In this document: positions 16,949 to 20,000 of the stretch, piece by piece
How positions within the stretch are numbered: position 1 is the first letter of the stretch
Layout of the letters: each line of letters opens with the position of its first letter
Assembly: GCA_051942205.1 (NCBI GenBank)
Contig: JAVECO010000132.1
Coordinates: 45,570 to 65,569, forward strand
Length of the DNA: 20,000 nucleotides
Reading direction: 5' to 3'
From: Coniocarpon cinnabarinum
Taxonomy: Eukaryota
The notes under the pieces: generated by a model
Told to the model about the DNA's origin: nothing
Databases searched by the model: none
Seen by the model: only the letters and a program-made list of their open reading frames with translations
Made by a program: the position numbers and the translations under genes

Positions 16949-18284
16949 CACGAGCATTATTGGTTGGTGGGGAAACTCAAAAAAAAGTCCGCTTGAAGCG
17001 AACGGTGATGATCTAACGACATGTATATTGGGTAACAGCCAGCAGTGGCGTTTTGCATACGGCGGGATTCAGTATCAGCATAGCGACGGATAATTAGAAC
17101 GAGGCGTGAGTGGTGGTAGAGACTCCGCCTCCTTGGGTTGGCACTCAGTGGATATTGGCAGAATACCCTGAAAGAGGTGGAGAGAAAGGCGTCGACGGAG
17201 ACGCGTCTCTTGTACGGCCTTTTGCAACGCATTGCACATTTGGTGCATCATTCTTTGTCCATGATAGGGTAGCTCATTGTTGTATTGCGGTGCTGCCTTC
17301 CTCGATCACTGTAAACGAGTGGTCAGATTCTATTTACCTTACTGTGACACTTTCGATCTAGCTTTGAACTCCTACCCTGGCGAGACTTCCGTCTTTCCCT
17401 GCAACACAGACGCTGAACATGATGCAGTACGCAGACTGACAAATTTTTGAGATTCTCCATCGAAGTCTCTATCCTGGCGTACGTGGCATCTCAAGCACAA
17501 GCTGTACACATGTTCTGCTCAGGAAGTCGCTAGCAGCCGGTCCCCAATGTGCTGTTTTGGGACCTTCCCAAACCACAGCCAAGAGCAAATGGATGTCCAA
17601 TTACAAAGACACAGATCTCTTCCGGTTGTTCTTTTCTTGATTCCATGTTGATCACATACCTGCTGGCCACCTCTCTTTGACCCCTCCTCACTCGAAAGAA
17701 TCGCTTCTCAATCAATATGCCCAAACAGGCAAGCTTGTAGATTAAGGTGATCAGGCCTCCCATTGGCCCCTCCAGATCTGCAGGGTGGCGACGCTTGCAC
17801 CCAAAAGACGACGAATACGCGCCGGCCTCCACAATGGCCTCGCCCGCCCCGACCTCTCACGTCCCTCGTCAGCGGCCATCACGCTCGTCCAAGCGCTGCC
17901 TTCCACCGTCCACTCGCAGCCAGGTCGCCGCTGTCTCTGTCCTGCGCTGCGCTGTGATGTGCTGCCACGCCGCACGGCGCTTCCCTTCTATCTCTTTCCT
18001 CCTCTTTTCACCCCGTCTTTGCCCTTCTTGATTGAAAGCCAGCTCTTCTTGTGTTTCAGCTCTACCAGGCATTGACTTGCTTGTCGCTGAGAACACATCT
18101 TTGACGTGCTCGGCGCTGCATTTGGCCTTTCACAGTGAATCTTGCTGGACTCGAGCGGGATAGCGACTATTTGCGCTTCGAGAGGCTGAATCCTGCGTCT
18201 GGCGACGATTTCACCTCGCGAGAGACCTCTGCTCTACATTGACGCCTTTCCGACATCCTCCAGCGAGCACACAGGACGCCCACC

Positions 18285-19343
18285 ATGCGCTCCATGCCCA
18301 TCCACCTCTCTCGCCGCTGGCGCTCCATGAACACCGTCTGGGCCCTCTTCGCTATAGAACTCGCCCTCACGATTCCCGCCCTTGCTCTCTTCGCCATTGC
18401 CCAACCCGACCTCTACCGCACTCGCCTCTGGCGCGATGGCTTCAAGAGTGGTTTCAACTCGAACCCGGAGGCTCAGATCTATGCCATGACGAACCGGGAG
18501 CACTATGAAGTGCCTTTGGTATGGAGTCAATTGTACGTGCTTCATCCTTCTCCAAGTCATGAGAAGAAGATAGAAGCTGCGTGGCGCATATGCCAACAGA
18601 CTGTCCGTACCAAAGCATGTGAGATGGAGAGCTAACGTGTTTATGCTAGCATCACGGACTTCAACGTCGTCATCTCCGTCCTCTCCATGTTCCTGCTCCT
18701 CTGCAAGGGCGTCATGTTCATCATGCACATCTTCTGGCCCATCCTCGGCTTCGTCGTCCACGGCATCCTCGTGGCCTTGTGGGGTTACTCCGTCTACGCG
18801 CAGACGAAGCCAGACAACTCGGACCCCCGCTTCCCTAAGCTCTCATCACCATGGTACATTTCAAAAGGCTGCTCGGCCGTGCATGACCAGAGCGTCGTCA
18901 ACTACTGCAAGCAAGCGCAGGCTGCATTGGGCGTAAGCGTGGTAATGCTGTAAGTTTCGAATCCGCTCTTCTCATACTCTCCCACACAGACCACCACCCC
19001 AGCAAGGACATAACTGACATCCCGCAGCTTCCTCTTCGCCGCCAACACCCTCCTCGCGATCCTCAGCATGATCCCCTCCAAGACCGAGCGTCTCGCCCGG
19101 AAAACGCAAATCCTCGAAGGCTCGCCCGAGCAGCAATCCGCCATGCGCTTTGCCCCGCCGCCGCAGTCCGCCAAGCAGAAAGCTTGGGATGCGCAGAGCG
19201 GACGGGCGCTCAATAGCCCGAGTACAGTGGGTGGGATGAAGACGCCTGTCACGCCTCGGACGATGGCGTTTACGCGGCTGGGAGGTGGTGGCGAGGCAAA
19301 GAGCGGGTACTATGGTGGTGGGGATTTGCCATTGAGGAGGTGA
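18285..19343 (+). CDS. Conserved-type fungal 4-TM membrane protein, MARVEL-like (287 aa). Exons 18285-18532, 18650-18949, 19028-19343
   Basis: Kozak context CACCATG. Introns 18533-18649 (GTACGT...GCTAAC...TAG) and 18950-19027 (GTAAGT...ACTGAC...CAG) join three ORFs in frame (864 nt). There are four hydrophobic helices, a Cys pair in the second loop (PWYISKGC...NYCKQAQ) and an SP/TP-rich tail (SPST...KTPVTPRT). Confidence 0.85.
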
Positions 19344-20000
19344 GAGATGTCGGGCGTGGAGACGCGATTCGGATCATGAAGCAGGCTGCTGTGATGAGCC
19401 GCGACTTTGAAGACGTGCGACGGAGGCGCTGGAGTCACAAGCGCTGGAGGGATGCTGCAATGGTGGTGTGAGATGATGGGGAGAAGCAGGTGATGTGAAC
19501 GTGTACGATGAGTGTCATGATATCGATGGTTCTACTTGCATGATTGAATCAGTAATGGGAGATGACGGCTTGTCTCATTTACTGTGCCCCCCAGACTTCA
19601 CTGTGTCCTGCACCACTGCTTCGAGACGCGGCTAGCCTGCAGTGTCGAGACACTGTACAAACTGCAGTAAATGTCGACGGGGTTCAGGATAGAGTTGTTC
19701 GCTGTATTCGCGTAGTACGATTTGCTCTGGTCTTCTGCTTACCTGACGCCTGACCACGACAGAGCCATAGACTCGTCTTGTGTCACTACGTCAAGGTGCG
19801 GCGTCCTCGCAGCATTGAGCCATTGCAGAAAGTGATGTATGATAGTAACAGGACCCCAGCGTCCGAGTGTCTCCTCTATTCAAGCAGTTGATTCCACTCT
19901 ACATTTCCACTATCCAAGGGTGCGGCTGCAACTCAGCTGAAATCAACTTAAGCATGCAGAATCCACGAATATCATTTCTTTGCTATCTTCCCCTTTCTCC

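Noticed and set aside
18592..18608. 3-nt microexon (CAG|ACT|GTCCGT) inside MARVEL-like intron 1
   Set aside because: There is no credible branch point upstream of that CAG and the donor is weak. The protein reads well without it.
19344..20000. ORF 19562-19753 and possible gene in the right flank
   Set aside because: It is short with no motifs or convincing splice pattern, consistent with 3' UTR/intergenic DNA.
1..20000. tRNA/rRNA genes, transposons, RIP-degraded repeats, CRISPR arrays, secondary-metabolite cluster
   Set aside because: I found no T-loop/B-box with a cloverleaf, no transposase/RT motifs or terminal repeats, no AT-rich blocks, no repeat-spacer periodicity and no PKS/NRPS-type genes by eye.

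Overview
Gene-dense eukaryotic DNA from a filamentous ascomycete (Pezizomycotina-like: short 52-136 nt spliceosomal introns, many with CTRAY-type branch points). Seven protein-coding genes can be reconstructed by hand. (1) Vms1/ANKZF1 on the minus strand, running off the left edge and absent from the ORF track. (2) An uncharacterised ~6-TM membrane protein built from three helical-hairpin repeats. (3) A FucP/FHS-family MFS sugar permease with 5 introns. (4) A SAP-domain mRNP protein, Tho1/SARNP/Mlo1-like. (5) A tail-anchored, degenerate septin-like P-loop protein. (6) An apparently intronless GT41 O-GlcNAc transferase with a long ATG-poor upstream region. (7) A 4-TM MARVEL-like membrane protein. 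I see no tRNA, rRNA, transposon or CRISPR array, and no biosynthetic cluster. The most unusual signals concern RNA processing: a probable GG-AG non-canonical intron, a Tho1 intron that looks like two abutting introns (internal CAG|GT) with alternative outcomes, a GAG acceptor, a stop-free in-frame intron, and candidate uORFs before OGT. All gene models and family assignments come from manual motif recognition, not database searches.
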